A program made the translations under genes and the position numbers. 64,000 nucleotides of DNA from an archaeon (GTDB lineage Archaea > Nanobdellota > Nanobdellia > Pacearchaeales > GW2011-AR1). Positions within the stretch are counted from its first letter, which is position 1; the number at the start of each line of letters is the position of its first letter. Under the pieces are notes generated by a model. That model saw only the letters and a program-made list of their open reading frames with translations. It did no database searches and was not told the DNA's origin. Where the stretch lies: assembly GCA_018697035.1 (NCBI GenBank), contig JABHSE010000004.1:63122-127121 (forward strand), in the 5' to 3' direction. Below, piece after piece: positions 44,995 to 53,651 of this stretch.

Positions 44995-45240
44995 AAAAAA
45001 ACCCAATCATCGCAAACCTTTTACTTCACCAGAAGTACCTACTGGGTAAACCAAACCAAAATACGTTTAAAAAAACCCAATCATCGCAAACCTTTTACTT
45101 CACCAGAAGTACCTACTGGGTAAACCAAACCAAAATACGTTTAAAAGAATCCCATCGCAAACCTTTTACTTCACCAGAAGTACCTACTGGGTAAACCAAA
45201 CCAAAATACGTTTAAAAGAATCCCATCGCAAACCTTTTAA
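44995..45240. repeat. 3.3 tandem copies of a 74/71-bp unit immediately upstream of rpo7
   Basis: The phase marker cgcaaaccttttac recurs at 45011, 45085, 45156 and 45227. The last, partial unit ends in aaccttttaaacc, about 20 nt before the ATG. Confidence 0.9.
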
Positions 45241-45262
45241 ACCAAAAATTTCTCAACCTATT

Positions 45263-45856
45263 ATGTTCTCTATAGTAAAAGTAACAGATCACGTAAGAGT
45301 CGAACCAAACAAATTCGGCATGGATACAGACGCGGCAGTCAGAGCTCAGTTAGAAGAATCCTACTCTGGTTTCCAAGACAAAGACATTGGAACGGTAGTC
45401 GCAGTTCTCGACGTCAAAGAAGTCAAAGAAGGCATCATAATCCCAGGCGACGGCGCAGCATATTACGAATCAACATTCAAATTAATCGTATTCAGACCAG
45501 AACTACAAGAACTAGTCTACGGAACAATAGAAGAAATCACAAACTTCGGAGCCTTCATATCAATGGGCCCAATCCGAGGCATGATCCACATCTCACAAAC
45601 AATGGACGACTTCGTATCATTCTCAGATTCAGGAGTCCTAACAGGAAAAGACGGGAAAAAGAATCTAGTCCAAGGAGACAAATGTATCGCACGAATCGTG
45701 GCAATATCATACAAAGGTGAGGAACCAAAAATCGGGCTAACAATGAGGCAACCAGGTCTAGGAAAATTAGATTGGATTAAAGCAGAAAAAGAAAAAACAG
45801 ATGCGATTGCAAAACAAGCACTAGCTCTTGAAAACAAAAAGGAGAAGAAGAAATAA
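45263..45856 (+). CDS. rpo7: DNA-directed RNA polymerase subunit Rpo7 (E')
   Basis: Typical N-terminus (V.VEPNKFG) and a C-terminal S1 domain (GAFISMGPIRGMIHISQ). Confidence 0.9.
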   Translation: MFSIVKVTDHVRVEPNKFGMDTDAAVRAQLEESYSGFQDKDIGTVVAVLDVKEVKEGIIIPGDGAAYYESTFKLIVFRPELQELVYGTIEEITNFGAFISMGPIRGMIHISQTMDDFVSFSDSGVLTGKDGKKNLVQGDKCIARIVAISYKGEEPKIGLTMRQPGLGKLDWIKAEKEKTDAIAKQALALENKKEKKK

Positions 45857-46056
45857 TGGTATCGAAAGCAAACAAAGAAAAATCATGTCTAAACTGTAGA
45901 GCAATCTACTTCGGAGACAAATGTCCAAAATGCGGCGAGACTCCAGCCAGCGATTCCTTTAAGGGCAGAATTCATATCTTCAATGCAGAAAAATCCGAAC
46001 TAGCAGAAAATATGGGAATTCCAAAAGAAGGCGAATTTGCAATCAAATCAAAATAA
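45856..46056 (+). CDS. spt4: transcription elongation factor Spt4 (RpoE'')
   Basis: Zn ribbon CLNC...CPKC, followed by the ...SELAENMGI..GEFAIK tail. Confidence 0.8.
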   Translation: MVSKANKEKSCLNCRAIYFGDKCPKCGETPASDSFKGRIHIFNAEKSELAENMGIPKEGEFAIKSK

Positions 46057-46057
46057 T

Positions 46058-46519
46058 ATGGAAATCAAAACAATCAAACAAACAAAAAACCCCTTCATGA
46101 AAAGGGAAGAATTAACTCTAGAAATAACTTCCGAATCAGTTCCAAGCACCTCAGAGGTAATCTCAAAATTAGGAAAAGACGAAGCATTAACAGTAATAAA
46201 AAAAATCAACACAAACTTCGGAAGACAAACATTTCTAACAGAAGTAGTTGTATACGACAACATAGAGGCAAGAAAAAAGATAGAAACTATCCCACAAAAA
46301 ATAAGAAAAAAAATGGCAGCTGAAGAAAAAGCAGCAGCTGAAGAGGCAAAAAAGAAAGCAGATGCAGAAATAAAAGAAGCAGATGCAGCAGCCGAAGCAG
46401 CTAAACAGGAAGCCGAAGCTCCAGTAGCAGAAGAGAATCCAGTTGAAGAAGTTAAAGATGAGGAGAAAGGGTCTGCCCCAACCGATAATAAAGATAAATC
46501 TGTGAGGGTAACTGAATAA
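46058..46519 (+). CDS. rps24e: ribosomal protein eS24 with Ala/Glu-rich C-terminal extension
   Basis: MEIKTIKQTKNPFMKREELTLEI...NTNFGRQTF...VYDN matches the S24e pattern. The start is taken at the second Met. Confidence 0.8.
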   Translation: MEIKTIKQTKNPFMKREELTLEITSESVPSTSEVISKLGKDEALTVIKKINTNFGRQTFLTEVVVYDNIEARKKIETIPQKIRKKMAAEEKAAAEEAKKKADAEIKEADAAAEAAKQEAEAPVAEENPVEEVKDEEKGSAPTDNKDKSVRVTE

Positions 46520-46755
46520 TGGCAATTAAGAGTAAAATCAAAGGAAAGAAGAAACACACAAACAAACCAACTTCTGTAAAATACAAAAAGTATACAATAG
46601 AAGGCGACAAAATCGTAAAGAAAGCACGAAGCTGCCCAAGATGCGGACCAGGAATTTTTTTGTCAGTCGGAAAAGGTCGAGCATATTGTGGAAAATGCCA
46701 CTTTACAGAATTCGACAAAAAAGAAGTAGAGCTGAAATTAGAAGCTAAAGAATAA
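46519..46755 (+). CDS. rps27ae: ribosomal protein S27ae-type zinc-ribbon protein
   Basis: CPRCGPG.F......YCGKC zinc ribbon in a K-rich 78-aa protein. Confidence 0.85.
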   Translation: MAIKSKIKGKKKHTNKPTSVKYKKYTIEGDKIVKKARSCPRCGPGIFLSVGKGRAYCGKCHFTEFDKKEVELKLEAKE

Positions 46756-47111
46756 TTTTATAAGAATTTATCATATCTAACCATGTGTCACTCGCCAATT
46801 ACAACATACCGAAAACTTTAAATAGTATTGTATGTTAGTTATATTATCACCTCTTTTTCCCCAGGAGATGACAATGAGGCTACTAATTTTTTGCTTTATT
46901 GTCGCTCCTAGGGTTTATACTTTATTAAAGTGAAGATCCATATAAGACCTGAGATGAACAGTTTGTTCGAGGCAGTGGATTTATTTTTTCTTAGAAGTAA
47001 TATCTCTACAACAAAGCAAACCAACCCTACAAAACCAAATCCACGTCATCCGCGTGCCATTATTTTCTAAACTCCAACAAAACTTATTAACCCAAGACTC
47101 TAAATAAATTC

Positions 47112-47912
47112 ATGATAGGTGATGACAAAATAAACCAAAATCAGTTCTTCAACCTAATCTCATCCAACGAACTCTCCTGGCAATCCATCATCTACGACCT
47201 CATCAAAACAGAACAACTCGACCCCTGGGACATCAACCTCGCAACCCTAGCCGAAAAATACGTCGCAACAATCCAACAGCTAGAAGAAGCCGATTTCTTC
47301 ATCTCATCAAAAATATTACTTGCATGTTCCTTATTACTAAGACTAAAATCCGAAATCCTAATCAACTCCTACATCCAAGACCTCAACGACGCCCTCTACG
47401 GCAAGAAAGATGAAAAACGCTACGAACTAGAACGAATCGAAATAGACGAAAACGACCTTCCAATCCTAAGCCCCAAAACCCCAATGGCACGTCACAAAAA
47501 AGTCACACTCCAAGAACTAATCAAAGCACTCGACCACGCAATCAACACCGAGTCAAGAAGAATCCGAAAAGAAATCCATGGACGCCAAGCACGAAAAAGC
47601 ATGCTCACAGTAATGCCAAAAGACAATTTCATTCCACTCAAAGTCAGAATCAAATCAATCTTCGGAATCGTAAAAACTCATCTAAATGATAACGACCACA
47701 TGAAGTTCCACCACATGGCACAATCAAAAGAAGAACAACTAGCCTCCTTTGTCCCAATACTTCACCTCTCAAACAACGGCAAAATATTCCTCCGACAACC
47801 AAAACACTTCGACCATATCCACATGACACTAGATTTACACAAAGAGGAAAAAATTGAGTTAGAAGAAGAGTTAGGTATTTTAAAAGACGAAATAATAGAA
47901 ACCCAACAATAG
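47112..47912 (+). CDS. scpA: segregation and condensation protein A
   Basis: WDINLATLAEKY...EADFFISSKILLACSLLLRLKS is typical of ScpA/kleisin. Confidence 0.75.
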   Translation: MIGDDKINQNQFFNLISSNELSWQSIIYDLIKTEQLDPWDINLATLAEKYVATIQQLEEADFFISSKILLACSLLLRLKSEILINSYIQDLNDALYGKKDEKRYELERIEIDENDLPILSPKTPMARHKKVTLQELIKALDHAINTESRRIRKEIHGRQARKSMLTVMPKDNFIPLKVRIKSIFGIVKTHLNDNDHMKFHHMAQSKEEQLASFVPILHLSNNGKIFLRQPKHFDHIHMTLDLHKEEKIELEEELGILKDEIIETQQ

Positions 47913-47953
47913 GCTTATATATTTCTTAAACTTAATAACAACAGAGGTGAAAA

Positions 47954-48190
47954 ATGAAAAAACAAGTAACCGAAAAATTAGCAGCTCTAATAACAGCCGC
48001 TTTTGGATTGGTAGCAGCTTTAGCATGGAATGACGCAATCAAAGCATTATTCGTCGGCCCGTGCGGATCAGACAATGCAGGAGCACTCTGTTCGCTATCT
48101 TCTGGAGGACCATGGGTTTACGCAGTCTTTGTAACAGCTCTCGCGGTATTCGCAACAATCTGGATTGCTAAAGTAGCCGAAAAGAAATAA
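47954..48190 (+). CDS. small membrane protein (DUF5654-like)
   Basis: 78 aa, two TM segments, AAFGLVAALAWNDAIKALF. Confidence 0.45.
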   Translation: MKKQVTEKLAALITAAFGLVAALAWNDAIKALFVGPCGSDNAGALCSLSSGGPWVYAVFVTALAVFATIWIAKVAEKK

Positions 48191-48205
48191 GGCTCCAATA
48201 CTTTT

Positions 48206-49366
48206 TTATTTTTTATTTTTTTCCAAAATCTCTTTTTGAGAAAACATCTCCTCAACCCCACTCCCCATATCCCGAACCTTAAACTCACCCTTAGCAACCT
48301 CATCCGCCCCAACAAAAACAACCTTCCCAATCCCTTTAGAATCAGCATACTCCAATCCCTTCCCAATCGCCTTATCCATCAACAACACCGTCCGAATTCC
48401 CTCTCCCCTCAACCTCTCCGCCAAATCAACCGCCTCCACATCACAACCAAGCGACAAAACCAAAACATCAACAGCACTCCCTTCAATTTTCGACAACAAA
48501 CTAATCGGCTCAAACCCAAGCGCAATACCAAAAGCCTGAACATCATCAACCATATAAGCCCCACCTCCAGCAAGAGAAACCCCCAACTCATCACTCCAAA
48601 TCTCAACCACAGTCCCATTATAATACGAAAGTCCCCTAGCCAAAAAAGGCCGAAACTCCGGCGTCACACCATACATCTTACAAAGCTTCTTCAACTCTTT
48701 AATTTCACCATAAAACTTATACTTCTCAAAATCCTTCCCAGTGAAAATCTTCAACACCCTCTCGCAACCAATGCTCTTCAAATTATCAGCAACATCCTTC
48801 ACCGACAACTTATCCAACTTATCAATCTCACGAATCGCCTGATCTCTAACTTTCTCATCAACTCCCTCGCTAACCAGAATCTCATTAATCAACCTACGAT
48901 TATTAAAGTAAATCTTAACCGGCATCTCAAGCTTCTCAAAAATACCAGACATCATCTTCAAACACTCAGCCTCATCCTTCATGCTCGAACCAACAACATC
49001 CGCATCCGCCTGAGTAAACTCCCGACTCCTCCCTTTCCGAATCGCCTCATCTCGAAAAACACTTCCAATCTGAAACCTCTTATACGGCAACTTCTGATTC
49101 TTCGCCAACCTCTTCAACTGAAACGTAAACTCAAACCTCAACGCCAACTTCCGCTTTCCCCTATCACTCAAACGGAAAACATCCCGAACAGCCTCGTCGT
49201 TAGCATTATCCCCAACAACAAAATCCTCTCTCTCAATAATCGGGCTCTCCGCAATCTCAAAACCATAAGTCTCAAACTCTCTCTGAATAATCCCCCGAAT
49301 CACCGCACGCTTCGCCGCCTCAGCCCCGACAAATTCATTAAACCCCTTAACTATTCTCGAACTCAT
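48206..49366 (-). CDS. HisRS paralog 1 (class II HisRS fold plus anticodon-binding domain; motif 3 Arg not conserved)
   Basis: FRDEAIRKGRSREFTQADADVVG (motif 2), ARGLSYYNG, GGGAY, but GIALGFEPI where HisRS normally has G.GleR. Confidence 0.8.
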   Translation of the reverse strand: MSSRIVKGFNEFVGAEAAKRAVIRGIIQREFETYGFEIAESPIIEREDFVVGDNANDEAVRDVFRLSDRGKRKLALRFEFTFQLKRLAKNQKLPYKRFQIGSVFRDEAIRKGRSREFTQADADVVGSSMKDEAECLKMMSGIFEKLEMPVKIYFNNRRLINEILVSEGVDEKVRDQAIREIDKLDKLSVKDVADNLKSIGCERVLKIFTGKDFEKYKFYGEIKELKKLCKMYGVTPEFRPFLARGLSYYNGTVVEIWSDELGVSLAGGGAYMVDDVQAFGIALGFEPISLLSKIEGSAVDVLVLSLGCDVEAVDLAERLRGEGIRTVLLMDKAIGKGLEYADSKGIGKVVFVGADEVAKGEFKVRDMGSGVEEMFSQKEILEKNKK

Positions 49367-49636
49367 CTACTTCCTCCCTTTCTCAAGTTTAATAATTCTC
49401 CGCTTCAACTTCTCAATCTCAACCTTATTATTAATATCAAAAACCCACTCAATAAACAAAACTCCAGGAAAAACAATCACGAGAGTAAATATTAGTCCAC
49501 TCAAAGTCAGCCTCCGAACTTCCTCAAAAGCCAAGTCGAAAAATATCCCATGAATAATAGCCCCAACCGAAACCAATACAGAAAAAACCAACAATATCAA
49601 AATCTGCTTCCTCATTAAACCAATCGATTTAACCAT
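49367..49636 (-). CDS. small membrane protein
   Basis: 89-aa ORF with two TM segments. Confidence 0.45.
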   Translation of the reverse strand: MVKSIGLMRKQILILLVFSVLVSVGAIIHGIFFDLAFEEVRRLTLSGLIFTLVIVFPGVLFIEWVFDINNKVEIEKLKRRIIKLEKGRK

Positions 49637-50177
49637 TTCGCTCTCCCAAATACTCCTTCAACTTCCCAAATGCAATCTTCCTCATACTAAACTCATTCTT
49701 CTTCTCCAAACTCATCTCCCCAAAAGTCTTATCACTTCCCTCAGGCAAAAACATCTTATCCCAACCAAAACCGTTCTCTCCCCGAGGCGCAACAATATCT
49801 CCTTTAACATTCCCTTCAAAAAACACAACACTATCCCCATCACTATACCCAATCAAAGTCTTAGCAACAGCCGACCCATCATCATATCTACCAACCAAAT
49901 CCGCAATTCCCTCAACCTTCAAACTATCTAAAAACCATTTAATCAAAGGCCCAGGCAAACCATTCAAACAATTAATATAAACCGAAGTATCCTCAACAAT
50001 AAACTCGCCCTTATTATGCTTCAAAGCCTCATCCAACTTAGCCTCAATAATCTTCCTAGCATCAATCTCCTGAATCTCTGGCAAATCCAAATCAATCTGC
50101 TCCACATTATCAATAATACTCCGCGCCTCTAAAAACTTCCCCTCATTCCCAGTTATAAAATAAAGTTTCTTCCCCAT
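49629..50177 (-). CDS. non-canonical purine NTP pyrophosphatase (HAM1/RdgB/ITPase)
   Basis: YFITGNEGKF..E, ...EDTS..., FGWD motifs. Confidence 0.85.
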   Translation of the reverse strand: MGKKLYFITGNEGKFLEARSIIDNVEQIDLDLPEIQEIDARKIIEAKLDEALKHNKGEFIVEDTSVYINCLNGLPGPLIKWFLDSLKVEGIADLVGRYDDGSAVAKTLIGYSDGDSVVFFEGNVKGDIVAPRGENGFGWDKMFLPEGSDKTFGEMSLEKKNEFSMRKIAFGKLKEYLGERNG

Positions 50178-50257
50178 GCAACATCAAAAAAACCACACTT
50201 TAAATCATTTACCCAAACACCCTTAAACCAAAACCAACAACCAATCTAGCCGCCCGC

Positions 50258-50316
50258 GGATTATATTGCTAATGCGCGATATAATCCAACAGCTTTGCAG
50301 GGATTAATTTCCCTGC
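50258..50316. other. two adjacent strong hairpins upstream of tRNA-His
   Basis: GGATTATAT-12nt-ATATAATCC (50258-50287) and TGCAGGGA-loop-TCCCTGCA (50296-50316). Confidence 0.6.
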
Positions 50317-50382
50317 ATTATACTCTTTCAATAAATTTAAAAGACAAAACCTCATTCCTATATTACCACATTTGGTAACAAT

Positions 50383-50454
50383 GACGGTTGTAGTTCAATG
50401 GTAGAATGTATGGTTGTGGTCCATGAGACGCGGGTTCGATTCCCGCCTTCCGTC
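50383..50454 (+). tRNA. tRNA-His(GUG) copy 1, with encoded G-1
   Basis: G-ACGGTTG-TA-GTTC-AATGGTA-GAAT-G-TATGG-TTGTGGT-CCATG-AGAC-GCGGG-TTCGATT-CCCGC-CTTCCGT-C. T-T oppositions at 5:68 and 6:67. Confidence 0.8.
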
Positions 50455-50534
50455 CTTTTTCTAGAATTGAATGAAGTTCGATTGAAGACATTTCAATGTC
50501 GAATGCCCGCAGGCCAAGCCTTCCGTCTAAAACC

Positions 50535-51221
50535 CTAAGCAGGTTCGTATCCCAACATCTCTTTTGCCTTAGAAATATCTATACTATCTAATTCGTCAGC
50601 AATATTGAATGTCTCATACCAAAAAATATCCCTACTCCTAATGGACTTTTCGATTCCCTGAATTGCATTATTCATACTAACCCTGGTACCATAAGGACCG
50701 TCTTCGTCCGCAATTCTTGGAAACCTCAATATTGTAATAGGTATCTTTTTAGCTAATCCATAAAATGCTAAGATATTTTCCGCTATAATTTTACTTTCAG
50801 GATAAGCCAAGCTTCCATCGCCACATTCAATATCATCAACCTTTAGATACATTGGAAATATTTTATTATTCTCTCTAAGGGGAAGCCTTACTGGAATACC
50901 CACCTCTGCACCATAGTAAGCAGTAGAACTAATATATATTAATTTTTTAACCCTATTCTCAACACAAGCATTAACCACATTCAAAGTTCCAATACAATTA
51001 TTCGAAAAATAATCATCAAATGTTTTCGTATTATCAGGTTTGGGAATCGCAGCAGCATGAACAACAATATCGCAAGTTTTCATCGAGTTTGACAATCTTT
51101 CATAATCTAATATATCGTCCCCATTCGTGACATCATACTCAATTATTCGATTATCACCACCTATTTTATCAACCAACGATTTACCAAGATATCCCCTGCT
51201 TCCAGTTACAAATATTTTCAT
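50535..51221 (-). CDS. NAD-dependent epimerase/dehydratase (short SDR)
   Basis: IFVTGSRGYLG Rossmann motif and YPESK (YxxxK). Confidence 0.75.
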   Translation of the reverse strand: MKIFVTGSRGYLGKSLVDKIGGDNRIIEYDVTNGDDILDYERLSNSMKTCDIVVHAAAIPKPDNTKTFDDYFSNNCIGTLNVVNACVENRVKKLIYISSTAYYGAEVGIPVRLPLRENNKIFPMYLKVDDIECGDGSLAYPESKIIAENILAFYGLAKKIPITILRFPRIADEDGPYGTRVSMNNAIQGIEKSIRSRDIFWYETFNIADELDSIDISKAKEMLGYEPA

Positions 51222-51361
51222 TTTCTATTAATCATATTACAGATATTATAAATTTTTCTCATTCAGATGTATCGTAACTTTATTTATTATAGAATGAAAA
51301 TTAAAAAAATAAAGCCGGAGATTTCTCCCCAACGGCCAATAAAAAAAATTTATGCAAAAGA

Positions 51362-51685
51362 TTAAGCCGTCTCTTCAGGAGTCTCAGCTTCAACCGCAGG
51401 TGCAGCCTCAACCGGAGCCTCTTCAGATTCAACCTCAGCTGGTGCTTCTTCAGCAACAGGAGCTTCCGCTTCAACAGCAGGGGCTTCCGCAACCTCAGGA
51501 ACAGCTTCTTCAGCTACAGGAGCTTCAACTTCAGCAGGGGCTTCTTCTACAGGAGCCTCAACCTCAGGAGCAGCTTCTTCTTCAGCAGCAGGTTCCTCAG
51601 CAGCTTCTTCTACAGGAGATTCCACAGATTCCACAACAGGTGCGTCCTCAATAGTCTCCTCAGGAGTTACGTTTTCTTCTTCCAT
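51362..51685 (-). CDS. low-complexity acidic E/A/P/V-rich protein (uncertain)
   Basis: 107-aa ORF. The region is open in several frames on both strands, so coding status is unclear. Confidence 0.3.
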   Translation of the reverse strand: MEEENVTPEETIEDAPVVESVESPVEEAAEEPAAEEEAAPEVEAPVEEAPAEVEAPVAEEAVPEVAEAPAVEAEAPVAEEAPAEVESEEAPVEAAPAVEAETPEETA

Positions 51686-51731
51686 AATTCCTCAATCCAA
51701 AAATTCTTTATAAAGATTTAGGTATCACAAC

Positions 51732-52142
51732 TCAGGGACATCGCACATAAAATAACTTACCCGCAGGAGCCGTCAAATAACACTCATGCTTCTCATAACT
51801 TCTCATATGCGGCACATACTCATAATAGCTCCCCTTTAAACCAGATCTCAACCCTTTCTGATATTTCAAATCATGACCTCTTGCAAAATTCCTCGACCTC
51901 TCAAACCTATCACCACGAGAAAACACATCCTCATGCTTCTCCTCAAAATAATCCCGTGTCGTCCGATAACTATACCCATGCCGATAATCATAAGTCGAAT
52001 GTCGGTCATCATTATCATAATCAATCTCAATAATCCGCGTCTCCACAAACCTTTCTTTGTAACCAACATCATGCGCCGAAACGAAACCAACACACAAAAC
52101 CAACAACAAAACAATATACCTATTCATAATATAACAAGTCAT
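51732..52142 (-). CDS. small secreted protein
   Basis: Signal-like LLLVLCVGFVSA; 136 aa. Confidence 0.45.
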   Translation of the reverse strand: MTCYIMNRYIVLLLVLCVGFVSAHDVGYKERFVETRIIEIDYDNDDRHSTYDYRHGYSYRTTRDYFEEKHEDVFSRGDRFERSRNFARGHDLKYQKGLRSGLKGSYYEYVPHMRSYEKHECYLTAPAGKLFYVRCP

Positions 52143-52175
52143 CTAATCCTTTTAAAAATTATTATACTCTACCCA

Positions 52176-53162
52176 CTAAATCAACTTCCGAACCCGCTCA
52201 ACCAAATCCGGCCTAACATAATAATGCAACGTCACATCAGACGAATTCTCCCATTCACCCTTAACGATTTTCTTATGCCCCAACTTCTCCGCCAACCCCA
52301 AACAAAACACTCCAACATTGCCCTTATTCTTCTTAGCCAAAAACTTCTCGACCTCTCTAGTCGCAAAATGCGACCGAACAATATGCGGATAAAACCTCTC
52401 CCCACAAAACCTCTCAAATCCAGCCTCAAACTCAACATCCCCAAAAGGTCTCCCCTTACTATTCAAAAAAACAAAATCATCCATCTTCCTCTTGCCCAAA
52501 ACTCGTTTCAACTCAGAAACAACCCTCTCTCCAAAAATCTCTTCAATAACCTGCGGAACCCCATCCTTCCCAATAAAACTAAACCGAACCTTCTTTCCAC
52601 TAATCTGAATATCTTTTTTCTTAAGAGTAGTCAATCCCTTATGTCTACTCCTCTTATAGTAAACCTCACTCCCAACCCTCATCTTCGTCTTAAGCAAAAC
52701 CAACATTGCAAGAACTAACTCACTCGTTCCAAGCGCCTTCATTAAATTTCGGCGAAGCCTAGGTAAACATTTCTCAAAATCATCAACCAACTTAAACTTC
52801 TTATCTTTAGAGATCTTCATCTTATCCAAACTATAAATATAACAAAGACTACCACTGGGATTCTCAAAAATAACGTCCCAATGTCCATGCGACTTCTCAT
52901 CATGAATTGCCAACTTAGAAGCAAACAAAGGAAACGCCTTGTTTAACTTCGTGCCATCGGGCAAAATCCCAATTCTTTTTCCAATACTCCTCCCCTTGCA
53001 AAATCCCCCCATCAAAAAATCTCCATCTCGAATCATCTTCAAATTCCCATGCTTCTTAAAAAGTTGAGCAACAGTCATAGCCTCCGGAAATTTAACCTTA
53101 GATTTCCGACCTCTTTCATCAACAACAGCCAAATCAGAAAACCGAATCCTATAACACCTCAT
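52176..53162 (-). CDS. type IB DNA topoisomerase (small poxvirus/bacterial-like form)
   Basis: MRVGSEVY...GLTTLKKKDI...V.FSFIGKDGV, IVRSHFAT, LGH, and a C-terminal ..TLHYYV candidate catalytic Tyr. Confidence 0.65.
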   Translation of the reverse strand: MRCYRIRFSDLAVVDERGRKSKVKFPEAMTVAQLFKKHGNLKMIRDGDFLMGGFCKGRSIGKRIGILPDGTKLNKAFPLFASKLAIHDEKSHGHWDVIFENPSGSLCYIYSLDKMKISKDKKFKLVDDFEKCLPRLRRNLMKALGTSELVLAMLVLLKTKMRVGSEVYYKRSRHKGLTTLKKKDIQISGKKVRFSFIGKDGVPQVIEEIFGERVVSELKRVLGKRKMDDFVFLNSKGRPFGDVEFEAGFERFCGERFYPHIVRSHFATREVEKFLAKKNKGNVGVFCLGLAEKLGHKKIVKGEWENSSDVTLHYYVRPDLVERVRKLI

Positions 53163-53206
53163 AAAAAACTAGTCGTCGATAAGCTATATAAAATTTTCCA
53201 AAGAGA

Positions 53207-53593
53207 CTAACTAGGAATATTAATTCCTCTTTCGACCATGATTTTTGCTTCCGGATTCTTAGCACTTATACGATCCATATATCCTGCTAATGTAGATTTT
53301 ACCCCTGCATCTACTTTAGAAAAAAGCATATCAGAATCAATCTTGAACTCATTAAAATACATATCATGATACCCAGCAGTGTTCTGCTTAACATGCAATT
53401 CAAAAACTCCACATTCTTCAGACTTCTCTCCAAATATCTTCACTGCGTAAGAAACACCATCAGAACCATGCGTTCCCCCAGTAATTTTCACTTCTTTAAT
53501 TTTCTTCTCCAATACTCCTTCCAAAATTTTTTCAGGCAAAGATACATCATAACTCCTTTCCACCAATAAACGATAAGCATTATTTCTTTCCAT
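53207..53593 (-). CDS. hypothetical protein
   Basis: 128-aa ORF. Confidence 0.45.
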   Translation of the reverse strand: MERNNAYRLLVERSYDVSLPEKILEGVLEKKIKEVKITGGTHGSDGVSYAVKIFGEKSEECGVFELHVKQNTAGYHDMYFNEFKIDSDMLFSKVDAGVKSTLAGYMDRISAKNPEAKIMVERGINIPS

Positions 53594-53651
53594 TAAAACT
53601 ACATCTCCCTCCCACCTTTTAACATTTTATATCATCTAGTCTCTATATTAA

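Noticed and set aside
44995-45240. Possible CRISPR array
   Set aside because: The whole 71-74 bp unit repeats head-to-tail with no unique spacers, and no cas genes are present. It is a plain tandem repeat.
46130-46170. The eS24 peptide SVPSTSEVISKLG resembles the F1 peptide SVPSKLGTS
   Set aside because: There is no nucleotide similarity to F1, and this segment is a normal conserved part of S24e.
46930-46990. C/D-box sRNA candidate (GTGAAGA ... CTGA ... GATGAA) in the 356-bp S27ae-scpA spacer; also a stem CCCAGGAG..CTCCT-A-GGG at 46860-46913
   Set aside because: The boxes deviate from the RUGAUGA/CUGA consensus, and no terminal D box or closing stem was found. The stem-loop is real but has no recognisable family. 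Kept only as a note that this long spacer may hide an ncRNA.
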